Shown in pieces: positions 40,201 to 51,659 of a stretch of 64,000 bases of DNA. The stretch lies in assembly GCA_963805625.1 (NCBI GenBank), contig CAWDVE010000017.1, positions 480,001 through 544,000 of the forward strand, written 5' to 3'. Origin of the DNA: an uncultured Candidatus Rokubacteria bacterium. Its GTDB lineage: Bacteria > Methylomirabilota > Methylomirabilia > Rokubacteriales > DASRDR01. The first letter of the stretch is position 1. Each line of letters begins with the position of its first letter. Under the pieces are notes generated by a model. It had not been told where the DNA came from. It searched no databases and was given only the letters and a program-made list of their open reading frames with translations. The position numbers and the translations under genes are program-made.

Positions 40201-42603
40201 ATGACGCGTCCCGGGTCAGGCGCGCGAGGAGCCATCAGCCGGCGGGCCGCGCTCGGCGCCCTGGCCGCCCTGGCCTGGCAGACGCGCGCGCTCGCCCAGA
40301 CTCCGCCCGGGGGCTCCGGCCCGACACTCTCGGCCGCGGACGCGCTGGCGGCGAAGGCTCCGCCGACCGCGCCGGACTGGCCTCGAGTGGCCAAGGCGGG
40401 CGAGACGACGCTGAGCATCTACTTGCCGCAGCTCGACTCCTGGGACGGCAATCGCCTGGACGCGCACGCCGCGGTCAGCGTCCAGACCGCGGGCGCGAAG
40501 GAGCCGGTCTTCGGCGTGGCCTTCGTGGCCGCGGACACGCAGGTGGACAAGGGCGCGCGCCGGGTGACGCTCGAGAACCTCCGGATCGAGAAGGTCCGCT
40601 TTCCCTCGGCGACCAGCCAGGAGGTGGCGTACAAGAAGCTCCTCGAGCAGAACATCCCGGCCAAGGTGCGCACGATCGAGCTGGACCGGCTCGAGACCGC
40701 GCTGGCCATGCGGGAAGAGCAGACCAAGGGGGCGTCGAAGCCCCTCAAGAACGACCCGCCCAAGATCGTGTTCTCGACGACCCCGGCCATCCTGGTGCTG
40801 ATCGATGGCGCGCCGATCTATCGAGGGGTCTCCGGAGCCTCCTACGAGCGGGTGGTCAACACGCGTCCCCTGCTCCTGAAGGATGCGACCGGCCACTACC
40901 TCCGGCTCTTCGACGGCTGGATGACCGCGAAGGCCGTCACGGGACCCTGGAGCGTCGCCCCGACGACGCCCGGCGGGACGCTCGACAAGGTCATGGCGGC
41001 GGTGTCGAAGTCGGGCACTGTCGATCTCCTGGCCTTCGTCGACCCGAAGGACACGAAGAGCCGGCCGACCCTGGCCAAGGGCCCCGTCCCCACCATCCTG
41101 GCGGTGACGGAGCCCACCGAGCTGATCGTGACCCAGGGGGAGCCGACCTACGTCCCCATCGACGGCACCCAGCTCCTCTACGCGTCGAACACGACCGGCC
41201 ACGTCTTCAAGCACCTCGGCGATCAGAACACGTACGTGCTGCTCACCGGGCGCTGGTTCCGCGCCGCGGACCCGACGGGCCCGTGGACCTTCGTGCCCGG
41301 CAAGGACCTGCCACCGGACTTCGCGAAGATCCCCGACGACAACCCGAAGGAGAATGTGAAGGCGTCGGTGCCGGGCACCCCCCAGGCCCAGGAGGCCGTG
41401 ATCGCGAACAGCCTCCCCGAGACGGCGGCCATCAAGCGGAGTGACGCGAAGCTCCCGGCGCTTCAGTACGACGGGCCACCCCAGCTCAAGCCGATCGAGG
41501 GGACCCCGCTCGCCTACGTGGTGAACAGCCCCTTGCCGGTCATCCAGGTGAGCCCGACCAGCTACTACGCGCTCCAGAACGGAGTCTGGTTCGTCGGGCC
41601 GTCCCTCCAGGGGCCCTGGCAAGTGGCGACCACCGTGCCCGCCGTCATCTACTCGATCCCGCAGAGCTCACCGCTCCACTATGTGACCTACGTCTACGTC
41701 TACCGCGCCACGCCCCAGGCGGTGTACGTCGGGTACACGCCGGGCTACTACAGCGTCTACGTGTCCGAAGACGTCGTCGTCTACGGCACCGGCTACGACT
41801 ACGTGTCGTGGGACGGCACGGTCTGGTACGGCACGCCGGTCACGTACGGCTTCGCGACCGCCCCGACCTACACGCCGTGGACGGGCTGGGTGATGGGCTT
41901 CGGCTTCGGGCTCGCGTTCGGCGCGGCGACCGCCGGCTGGGCTTGGGGCTCCTATCCCTGGTGGGGCCCGTACCGCTACGGGTACGGAGCGGCTGTGGGG
42001 CCGTACGGGGCCGCGGCGTGGGGCCCCGGCGGCTGGGCGGCGACCACCGGCAACGTCTATCACCGATGGGGCGACACGGCCGCCGTCACGCGCCACTCGG
42101 CCGGCTACAACGCCTGGACGGGGAACGCGTGGGCCGGCGGCGCAGGGATGTCGTACAACTCCCGGACCGGGACGGTGGCGGCGGGCCAGCGTGGCGTGGT
42201 CAGCAACGCCTACACGGGGAACTACGCCTACGGCGCTCGCGGCGCCGCGGTGAACCCGCAGACGGGCCAGGCCGTCTCCGCGGGACGGGTGACGACAGGC
42301 AACGTCTACTCGGGGCAGTCGGGCTCGGCGGGCTACGTCCGCGGTCAGTCGGGCGGCGCCGTCCGGACCGGCAGCGGTGATGTGTACGCCACCCGCGACG
42401 GCACCGTCTACCGGAACACCGGGAGCAGCTGGCAGCAGAACAGCGGCGGCGGCTGGTCGGGGGTGAGCGACCCGGGCCGGTCGGTGAGCAGCGAGGCGCA
42501 GATCCGCTCCACCGGCCAGACGCGCGTCAACAACTACAACGCCTCGGGTGGCGCGCGCATGGGTGGCGGGGGCTCCCGCGGCGGCGGCGGGCGCCGGCGG
42601 TGA
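40201..42603 (+). CDS. Large exported protein (Tat-like signal) with Gly/Tyr/Trp-rich C-terminus, function unknown
   Basis: SRRAALG twin-arginine motif; repeated GPW motifs; RGG-rich tail; clean codon bias. Confidence 0.8.
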   Translation: MTRPGSGARGAISRRAALGALAALAWQTRALAQTPPGGSGPTLSAADALAAKAPPTAPDWPRVAKAGETTLSIYLPQLDSWDGNRLDAHAAVSVQTAGAKEPVFGVAFVAADTQVDKGARRVTLENLRIEKVRFPSATSQEVAYKKLLEQNIPAKVRTIELDRLETALAMREEQTKGASKPLKNDPPKIVFSTTPAILVLIDGAPIYRGVSGASYERVVNTRPLLLKDATGHYLRLFDGWMTAKAVTGPWSVAPTTPGGTLDKVMAAVSKSGTVDLLAFVDPKDTKSRPTLAKGPVPTILAVTEPTELIVTQGEPTYVPIDGTQLLYASNTTGHVFKHLGDQNTYVLLTGRWFRAADPTGPWTFVPGKDLPPDFAKIPDDNPKENVKASVPGTPQAQEAVIANSLPETAAIKRSDAKLPALQYDGPPQLKPIEGTPLAYVVNSPLPVIQVSPTSYYALQNGVWFVGPSLQGPWQVATTVPAVIYSIPQSSPLHYVTYVYVYRATPQAVYVGYTPGYYSVYVSEDVVVYGTGYDYVSWDGTVWYGTPVTYGFATAPTYTPWTGWVMGFGFGLAFGAATAGWAWGSYPWWGPYRYGYGAAVGPYGAAAWGPGGWAATTGNVYHRWGDTAAVTRHSAGYNAWTGNAWAGGAGMSYNSRTGTVAAGQRGVVSNAYTGNYAYGARGAAVNPQTGQAVSAGRVTTGNVYSGQSGSAGYVRGQSGGAVRTGSGDVYATRDGTVYRNTGSSWQQNSGGGWSGVSDPGRSVSSEAQIRSTGQTRVNNYNASGGARMGGGGSRGGGGRRR

Positions 42604-42611
42604 GCGAGACG

Positions 42612-43114
42612 TACTGATCACCTGGCGTCCGCCTCACGTGGCGGCGCGGCGGGGTCTCGGGCGCACGTTTCAGGCCGCGCGGGTGTTCCCGCGCCTCACC
42701 GCCCGCGAGCATCTCCTGGCGGCCCTCCAGGAGTTCCAGCCCGATGGCTTCGCAGCCCGTCTCTTGCGGCTCCCGTCGGCCGCCCGTGCCGAGGCCGACG
42801 CCGACCGCCGGGCGCGCGCGCTGCTGCAGTGGGTAGGCCTCGCCGAGGCGACGGACTGTCCGGCCACGTCTCTGTCCTACGGGCAGCGCAAGCTGCTCGC
42901 CTTCGCCATGGCGCTGGCGCCGGCGCCGAGGCTCCTGATGCTCGACGAGCCGATGGCGGGCGTGAGCCCCATCCTCATCGAGCACAACCTGACCGTGGTC
43001 ATGACGCTCTGCCAGCGGCTGGTCGTGCTGGACCACGGCCAGAAGATCGCCGAGGGGCCGCCGCAGGTCGTGCGTGAGACGCCGGCCGTCATCGAGGCGT
43101 ACTTCGGGGCGTGA
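42612..43114 (+). pseudogene. LivG-like ABC ATPase, lacking Walker A and with an internal deletion
   Basis: GRTFQ, LSYGQRK, LDEPMAGVSP|ILIEHN and VIEAYFG. Confidence 0.8.
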
Positions 43115-43121
43115 GGACGGC

Positions 43122-43862
43122 GTGAGCCCAAGCGGACCGCAAGCCCGGCCGGACGCTCCCGTCCTCGAGGTCGAGGGGTTGTGCGGGGGCTACGACGGCG
43201 TCGACATCCTGCGGGGCGTGACGTTCGCCCTCATGCCGCACACCGTCACCGCGGTGATCGGGCCCAACGGCGCCGGCAAGAGCACGCTGCTCCGTGCGAT
43301 CTACGGCCGGCTCCGCCTTTCGGCGGGTGCGGTCCGGCTCCGCGGCGACGCCATCACCGGTCTCCCGCCTGGGGAGCTCCGCTGCCGGGGCCTCGCTTAC
43401 GTGGCCCAGGGCCGCTGCAGCTTCCCCCTGATGACCGTTCGTGAGAACCTCGAGATGGGCGCGTTCGCCCGGCGGGACGCGCGCGTCCCGGCCGACGTGG
43501 AGGCCTGCCTCGCGCGGTTCCCTCTCCTTCGTGAGCACGCGCGCCGCCGGGCCGGCGACCTCTCCGGCGGGCAGCAGCAGCTCCTCGAGCTGACGATGGG
43601 GCTCCTCGGCGAGCCGGTGGTGCTGTTGGTCGACGAGCCGTCGATGGGCCTCGCGCCAGTGGCGATCGCCGAAGTGGGGACTACCCTCACCGAGATCCGC
43701 TGGGCTGGCACGACCATCCTGCTGGTCGAGCAGAACGCCAGGAAGGCGCTGGAGTTGGCCGACCGTGGCCTGGTGCTCGACCTGGCTGAGGTCCGCCGCG
43801 ACGCGCCTGCAACGGCGCTCCTCGTGGACCCGGAGGTCCGACGCATGTACCTCGGCGGCTGA
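43122..43862 (+). CDS. livF: Branched-chain amino acid ABC ATPase
   Basis: GPNGAGKST, LSGGQQQ, DEPSMGLAP, VEQNA and YLGG. Confidence 0.85.
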   Translation: MSPSGPQARPDAPVLEVEGLCGGYDGVDILRGVTFALMPHTVTAVIGPNGAGKSTLLRAIYGRLRLSAGAVRLRGDAITGLPPGELRCRGLAYVAQGRCSFPLMTVRENLEMGAFARRDARVPADVEACLARFPLLREHARRRAGDLSGGQQQLLELTMGLLGEPVVLLVDEPSMGLAPVAIAEVGTTLTEIRWAGTTILLVEQNARKALELADRGLVLDLAEVRRDAPATALLVDPEVRRMYLGG

Positions 43863-43974
43863 CGCGGTCGTCTCGATGGAGTCCGTTTAGGCGGGGGACC
43901 GCGTGCGCACGGTGCCGGCAGGAGCGGACGATCAGAACCGCTCCGGTCACCCAGGACCGACCGATGAGCTGCGG

Positions 43975-44110
43975 CCCAGGGGACCGCTTCGTCACCCTTC
44001 AGGAGATCGTGCGCGCGGCGCGCTCGTGTCAGGCTCGCGGAACTACCTCGTGGGCGGTGCGGAGACCGAGACGACCTTTCGGCACTGGCCAGCTCGCCCT
44101 CGCCGCCCCG
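43975..44110 (+). pseudogene. Alpha-hydroxy-acid oxidase N-terminal fragment
   Basis: FVTLQEIVRAAR / NYLVGGAETETTFR. Confidence 0.5.
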
Positions 44111-44168
44111 GAGACTCGGGAGGGCGACAGCGCCAGGGTTGAGGGTCGCCCGCGCTGCGTTCTAGCGC

Positions 44169-45338
44169 TCATGAGGCCGTGCGCGTCTCCGACGAAAGAT
44201 TGTAGAGCTTCGACACGTTCTCGCCGGTGATCTTCCGGCGGATGCGCTCCGGGAGCCCGCCCAGGTTCTTTTCGAGGTGTCGGCGCGAGTCGGGCCAGAG
44301 ACAGTCGGGATGTGGGTAATCGGCCCCCCAGATGATGTTGTCCTCACCCACGATGGAGATCGCAGGCTCGAGGTATTGATCCTGCTGGTAGGTGGTGAAC
44401 CCCTGGCGCCGGAAATAGTCGCTGGGCTTCAGGGAGAACCCGAGCGCTCGGCCGCGATCCGCGTACTCGGTGTCCAGGCGATCGAACACGTAGGGGATCC
44501 AGGTCACGCCGGACTCTCCGAGGACGAACTTGAAGTCCGGATAGCGCTCGCAGGCCCCCGAGGCTATCACAGAGACGAGCACCTCCATCCCGTCGAGCTG
44601 AAACAGGCTTGCCCGCACGAGGCGCCAGGGCACCGCGTACTCCTTCTCCATCTGCGGGGTATCGGGGGCCCGCAGGCCCTTGAACCCCGTGGAGTGGAAG
44701 GAGATCGGGAACCGACACTCCTGGGCGGCCTCCCAGAGGGGATCCCAGCCGCGGTGATAGAGAGGCACGCTCAGGCGCTTGAACGCGAGATCGCCGCCCC
44801 GGAGCCCCAGCTTGGCGCAGCGCCGCACCTCGGCCGCGGCCACGAGCGGATCGGTGTTCGGAATGATGGCGAGAGGGAAGATCCGGTCGGGGTCGCTGCG
44901 CTTGGCGAAGTCCGCGGCCCAGTCGTTGTAGACCTGGTTGGTCCAGGCGCGCAGGCCCGCGTTTTCGATGAGTTCGTTGACCATGAGGCAGCCATAGATG
45001 ATCTCCGCATCGACGCCGTCGCGATCGAGGTCAGCGAGCCTCAGAGCGGGCGTGGTCGGCCGAGGCTGGGCGCCCGGGCGTGAGTCCCACGTGAAACCGC
45101 TGTCCTTCATCTCATCGATGTGCCCGAAGATCCCTCGCTCGTACTTCAGGAACCGCGGCCCGACCCCGTTCCACATCCCCTGGTCGTGCCCCTCCACGAA
45201 CCAGTGACAGCCGTCCTCCAGCTCTTCCACGCGGGGGACGAGGAGCCGCCACTTGGCTGGCGCCTGGGAGGACCAGAGATCGGGCGGACAGTAGGTCAGG
45301 TCGATGTGGTTGTCGCCAGAAATCAGCCCGTATCGCAT
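44169..45338 (-). CDS. Amidohydrolase_2 family protein
   Basis: ISGDNH, DLDRDGVDAEIIY, ISFH, GESGVTW and WGADYPHPD. Confidence 0.9.
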   Translation of the reverse strand: MRYGLISGDNHIDLTYCPPDLWSSQAPAKWRLLVPRVEELEDGCHWFVEGHDQGMWNGVGPRFLKYERGIFGHIDEMKDSGFTWDSRPGAQPRPTTPALRLADLDRDGVDAEIIYGCLMVNELIENAGLRAWTNQVYNDWAADFAKRSDPDRIFPLAIIPNTDPLVAAAEVRRCAKLGLRGGDLAFKRLSVPLYHRGWDPLWEAAQECRFPISFHSTGFKGLRAPDTPQMEKEYAVPWRLVRASLFQLDGMEVLVSVIASGACERYPDFKFVLGESGVTWIPYVFDRLDTEYADRGRALGFSLKPSDYFRRQGFTTYQQDQYLEPAISIVGEDNIIWGADYPHPDCLWPDSRRHLEKNLGGLPERIRRKITGENVSKLYNLSSETRTAS

Positions 45339-45429
45339 CGCACCCTCCGTTCTCTGAGATCCTGTGGCATCAAGAAGTCCATGGGCTCGCGCCGCGCTCT
45401 TCGGCTCGCATCAGGCACGACCCGAGGCG

Positions 45430-46305
45430 GTCATCGCCGAGATGGAGCGGGGCGCTTCGGGAATCGCCCCGGACCGTGCGGCCCTCGTGGGTGATGGCGG
45501 CCTGGTCGGGGGCCGCGGCGGCGAGCCGGGCAACGGCCACGCCAAACGGCGTCCCTGTCTCACTCACGGTTTCGTTCTCCGCCGCATGGCAATGAGGGTC
45601 ATGTGCACCATGGCTCAACTGAACTCGCTCTGCTCCGCCTGGGCGAGCCAGAGCCCCATGCCCATCTCGCGGTACGTCGTGGCGGCGGTGGTGTGCCTCT
45701 ACTGCGCGGACCCGGCGGCCCCCGGCGCCCAGCGCGGCGAACTCGGTCAGGGCTTGTTCGAGCAGTCGGACCGCCTCCGTGGTCTGACCGGACAGGAGGG
45801 CCACCTCGCCGAGCAGCGCACGAATGCTCGGCAAGAGAGTCGGCTGATCCCCGGCTTGGGTCTTGGCGAGGGCGCGTTCCGCCAGGGGCCGCGCGTCTGC
45901 GGCCTTGCCCCACACGCAGAAGAGCGTCGCAACGCCGCGACAGGCCACCACCAGGCTGACCGGGTGATCCATCGACTCGGCGAGCCGTAGCGCCTCGTGG
46001 CCATGCGCCAGACCCTCGTCGAACTCGCCGAGCGCCCACGCGAGGAAGGCGCGGGCGAAGATCGCCGGGAGGCCGGCGAGGCCGCACCGGTCTTGCCGCC
46101 GGCCGCTGACGTGCCTGGGTATGTACGACTCAGGAGACGGAGACCGAGTGGCCGCCGCGACGGGCGTCCCGCATTGGCTACAGAACCGAGCGCCTCCGAG
46201 CAACTCGGCCACGCAGGCAGGGCAGACGATCGCCAACCGGGCGCCGCACCCGAGGCAGAACTTCGCCTGAGGCGAATTGTCTGTCTGGCACCGGAGACAC
46301 TGCAT
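45430..46305 (-). pseudogene. Collapsed zinc-ribbon/adenylate cyclase/TPR gene plus AMP-binding enzyme stub
   Basis: MQCLRC...FCLGCG...FCSQCG...SYIPRH fused directly to TPR segments; cyclase and AAA domains absent. Confidence 0.7.
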
Positions 46306-46508
46306 GCCGGGGCCTCCAGCCGACCGGGCCGGCGACTGGGTCGGACAGTGGGCCAAGCCTAGTCGGGGGGCCAGGGAAGGTCAAGCGACGCTTACCTGGC
46401 TCAAGAAGCTCCGCCGTGGGATCGAGGCAGCCGGGAGTGGCCGAGCAGCGCCCACCCTTCTCGAGAACGTGCCGCTGCTGCAGGTCCCGGCGACCGCCTT
46501 TCGGGCGG

Positions 46509-46562
46509 TTGACCTTGGCCTGCGGGGGCCGTAAGCTGGCACTCGTACCTCGCGAGTGCTAA
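46509..46562 (+). promoter_or_regulatory. Sigma70-type promoter overlapped by a CIRCE (HrcA operator)
   Basis: TTGACC-N17-TAAGCT; CTGGCACTC-N9-GAGTGCTAA at 46536-46562. Confidence 0.9.
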
Positions 46563-46638
46563 CCGCCCGACGGTGACTGTCGGGTCGGCGGCCCGTGTCC
46601 TCCACCCCCCTCACCTGAAGGAAGGAGACTCTCGCACG

Positions 46639-46950
46639 ATGGCTACGACAACCAAGCTAAAGATCAAGCTGCGGCCGCTCCACGATCGGGTCCTCATCAA
46701 GCGGCTCGAGGAGCAAGACGAGAAGCACGGCAGCATCATCATTCCGGACAGCGCCAAGGAGAAGCCCCAGGAGGGCAAGGTCATCGCCGCGGGCACGGGC
46801 CGGGTGACTGAGGATGGGAAGACGCTGCCCCTCGTCGTCAAGACGGGGGACCGCATTCTCTTCGGCAAGTATTCCGGCAGCGAGGTGAAGATCGACGGCG
46901 AGGAACTGCTCATCATGAAGGAAGAGGACATCCTGGGGATCCTCGACTAA
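46639..46950 (+). CDS. groS: Co-chaperonin GroES
   Basis: [29 protein letters not shown] and EEDILG. Confidence 0.97.
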   Translation: MATTTKLKIKLRPLHDRVLIKRLEEQDEKHGSIIIPDSAKEKPQEGKVIAAGTGRVTEDGKTLPLVVKTGDRILFGKYSGSEVKIDGEELLIMKEEDILGILD

Positions 46951-46994
46951 CGATTCTGACGCGACGCTGGCGAGTGAGACCGACAATCAACTGA

Positions 46995-48668
<1,674 letters not shown>

Positions 48669-48696
48669 CCCGCCGGCCGGGGTATCCGGCCATTTC

Positions 48697-48740
48697 GACG
48701 GCCTCCGGAGGCCTCCCGCCTCCGGGGGTCGTCTCGTTTT
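48697..48740 (+). terminator. Intrinsic terminator of groESL
   Basis: GACGGCCTCCGGAGGC...GCCTCCGGGGGTCGTC stem followed by T-rich tract. Confidence 0.75.
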
Positions 48741-48859
48741 CTATGCCGATCACGGTGTGTCGAGCGGCATCGAAGGCCGGCGGAGATCCGCCCCGACGTT
48801 GACCCGGGGTCCGTGATGCCAATCAGTGAATCTGGGGGAACGCGATCACGGCTCAAGCG

Positions 48860-49020
48860 CTGGTTCGAGACAACCAATTGTGGGCACACCAGCCTCCTGG
48901 GCAACCAGGAGGCTGGCGTGTTTCGGGCGCCCGCGCAGCTTGACCCGCCGCCTCGTCCCTCTGACAGGAGCGGTACCCAGCTCGAGATCCTCATCGAAAT
49001 GCCTCCGAATCTCCGCCCGC
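48860..49020 (-). pseudogene. Large serine recombinase 3'-end relic
   Basis: DNA 48927-49020 aligns by eye with 411-503; RAEIRRHFDEDLEL...RRVKLRGRPKHASLLVAQEA. Confidence 0.78.
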
Positions 49021-49224
49021 TGTTCCGGTAGAGCATTGCACCACGCCAAGACCAGGCTGCCAAAATGCTACGAGCTGAAGTCTGGAAGCGTCGCGAAGTC
49101 GACATGCAGGGCGTCGGCCGGAGCGAAGCCTCGTCGAACGATTGGGGCTCCCGCGGGGCCCGGGGCCGCGGCCCGCGGCCCCGAGCTCGTCCAGTGGCCG
49201 AGCAGCGGTTCGCAGCCGGATCCG

Positions 49225-50601
49225 CTACGGCCAGACTGGCGGGTGCGTGCCGAGCGGGACGACCGGGCGCTCCCAGCGGGGTGGAGTCTCGGACATCTCG
49301 AGCGCTGGCCGCAGGTGCTTCAGGCGGCCGAGCGGTGTCTGGGTTTCAGTGCAAAGATCGTCGACGTTCTCGAGGCCCCGGGCCGCCGCGGGGTCGCAAA
49401 TCGGGCCGAGGCGATGGAGCCACATGCCGGTCTGGCACAGCGAGGCACGGACGAGGTAGCTACCGCCGGCGTGGGCGCGACGCCAGAGCGCCACCATGGC
49501 GCCGAGCGCGGCCAAATAGCCGGTCGTGTAATCGCAGACCGCCGCCGGGATGCGCACCGGCCGTTCCGGCGAGCTGTGGGTCGCGGTCAGACCGGTGACC
49601 GTCTGGGCCAGTTGCTCCCAGCCGGGGCGCGCCTCCCAGGGACCAACGTGGCCGTAGCAGTTGATCGCGACGTAGATCAACCCCGGCCGCAGCTTCACCA
49701 GTTCAGTCGGGCCAAAGCCCCGCCGCGCCAGTGAGCCGGACCGGTAGCCCTGGGAGAAGACGTCCGTTTCGCGGAGCAGCCCACGCAGTTGCTCGACGGC
49801 GTCGGGCTTTTCGAGATCCAGGTGGGCCGCGAGCTTGCCGTGTCCGGTGTCCAGGACGAACCCGAGCGGACTGGGCAGGTTGGGCGAGGCGATGTGCAGC
49901 ACGTCGGCGCCGTGCTCGGCCAGGGTCCGGGCACAGGTGGGCCCGGCCAGGATGCGGGTCAGATCGAGCACCCGCACGCCCCGCAGTGGCCGGTCGGCGG
50001 CCGGCAGCGGCTCCGGGTCGGAGTCGCCGAGCTTGACGATCTCGACCCGCGGCACCTCGGCGAGAGCCTGGCCCTGGGGGTGCGCGGCCCATTCCTCGGC
50101 CGTGCGAAGCAGCGCGCCGCACTGGCGCGCCTCGGCCAGAGCGTTCTCGAGCGCCCGGCCGTCCCAGCGAGCCACCGCGGCGGCGACCGCCTCGCGTTCG
50201 TTGGCGCATCCGAGCATCTTCAGCGTGCCCTCCGCCAGATTCGGGAGTCCTCCGTGGAGGTGGACCCAGCGCCCGTCGCGGCAGCGGTAATAGTCCACCA
50301 GCGGGTTGCCCGTCGCGGGCGAGGGCGGGGCAGGCCCGCCGTTCAGCCGCAGGATGGGGTGGCTGCGGAGGGAGGCCGCGGCGTGCCGCACACTGACCCG
50401 CGACCGCTGCGGCCGCCCCCCGCGAAGCTGCCAGAGCGCGTCCGCGGCCACACCGCAGGCGGCCAGCGTCAGCGCCGCGGCCTCGCCAACCGGAAAGGCG
50501 GTGGCCACGACCGGGTCCTGTCCCTCGATCGTGACCGCCCCATCCGCGGGCGCCGGCAGACCGACCTCGTCCAGTAGCTCGAGCAGCCGCGCGTCGGTCA
50601 T
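49225..50601 (-). CDS. Class III CoA-transferase (CaiB/BaiF, double-domain type)
   Basis: PLRGVRVLDLTRILAGP, GADVL, DVFSQGYR and CDYTTG. Confidence 0.9.
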   Translation of the reverse strand: MTDARLLELLDEVGLPAPADGAVTIEGQDPVVATAFPVGEAAALTLAACGVAADALWQLRGGRPQRSRVSVRHAAASLRSHPILRLNGGPAPPSPATGNPLVDYYRCRDGRWVHLHGGLPNLAEGTLKMLGCANEREAVAAAVARWDGRALENALAEARQCGALLRTAEEWAAHPQGQALAEVPRVEIVKLGDSDPEPLPAADRPLRGVRVLDLTRILAGPTCARTLAEHGADVLHIASPNLPSPLGFVLDTGHGKLAAHLDLEKPDAVEQLRGLLRETDVFSQGYRSGSLARRGFGPTELVKLRPGLIYVAINCYGHVGPWEARPGWEQLAQTVTGLTATHSSPERPVRIPAAVCDYTTGYLAALGAMVALWRRAHAGGSYLVRASLCQTGMWLHRLGPICDPAAARGLENVDDLCTETQTPLGRLKHLRPALEMSETPPRWERPVVPLGTHPPVWP

Positions 50602-50753
50602 CTCCCTCTCCCATCCGGTCGTCAGGAGCGACCGGGACTCGGACCATGCTAGCACTCCGAGGGGTCTGGCTTCGGGTAGGCCGACGTCCTCGACGCGATC
50701 GTTGGACTCGTGGGACACTGCGGGCAAGCCAGTCGCGCCCAAGGGAGAGGCCG

Positions 50754-51659
50754 ATGACGTTCGCCGCCGAGCCCGACGTTCCCATCCCCTACATGCAGCG
50801 CACGCGCGACTACTACCAGGCGCTCGGCTTCGCGCCTTATCGCTGGGCGCACTTCACCGAAGTGCCGTTCACGCCGCTGGCCAAGCCGCTGGCCCAGTCA
50901 CGGGTCGCGCTCATCACCACGGCGGCGCCGTACCAGCCCGGCGCCGGCGACCAGGGCCCGGGCGCGAAGTACAACGCCGCCGCGAAATTCTACACGGTCT
51001 ACTCCGACTCCACCGAGACGATCCCCGACCTGCGCATCTCGCACGTCGGCTACGACCGTATCCACACGACGGCCGGCGACCCGCGAACCTGGCTGCCGCT
51101 GGGGCGACTTCACGAGTTCGTGAAGGCGGGCCGCATCGGCGCGCTGACGCCGCGATTTCATGGGGCGCCCACCAACCGGAGCCAGCGGGTGACGACGGAG
51201 ACGGACGCGCCCGAGCTACTTCGGCGGTGCCGCGAAGACGGCGCCGACGTGGCGTTGCTCGTCCCGACCTGACCGGTGTGCCACCAGACCGTGAGTCTGG
51301 CGGCGCGGCACCTCGAGACGAACGGGATCCCGACGGTCATCATGGGATGCGCCAAGGACGTCGTGGAGCACTGTGGCGTGCCGCGCTTCCTCTTCAGCGA
51401 CTTCCCCCTCGGAAACTCGGCCGGCCGCCCCGACGACGCCGAGTCGCAGACCTTGACGCTGGAGCTGGCGCTCCGAGTGCTGGAGACGGCGCCCGCTGCC
51501 CGGACCACGGTGCAATCGCCGCTCCGGTGGCGGGCCGACGCGTCCTGGAAGGTCGACTACCACAACCTGGCCACGGTCACGCCCGGGGACCTCGCCGAGC
51601 ATCGCAAGGAGTTCGACGTCGTGAAGGCCATCATCAAGAGCAAACAGACGCCAGCGTGA
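50754..51659 (+). CDS. GrdB/PrdB-like selenoprotein (Sec at TGA 51270-51272, UxxC motif)
   Basis: The ORFs ending at 51272 and starting at 51276 are in frame: ADVALLVPT-U-PVCHQTVSLAARHLE.GIPTV; a SECIS hairpin follows. Confidence 0.9.
51278..51306 (+). promoter_or_regulatory. Bacterial SECIS element
   Basis: GTGCCACCAGAC-CGTGA-GTCTGGCGGCGC hairpin just 3' of the UGA, with G in the apical loop. Confidence 0.8.
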
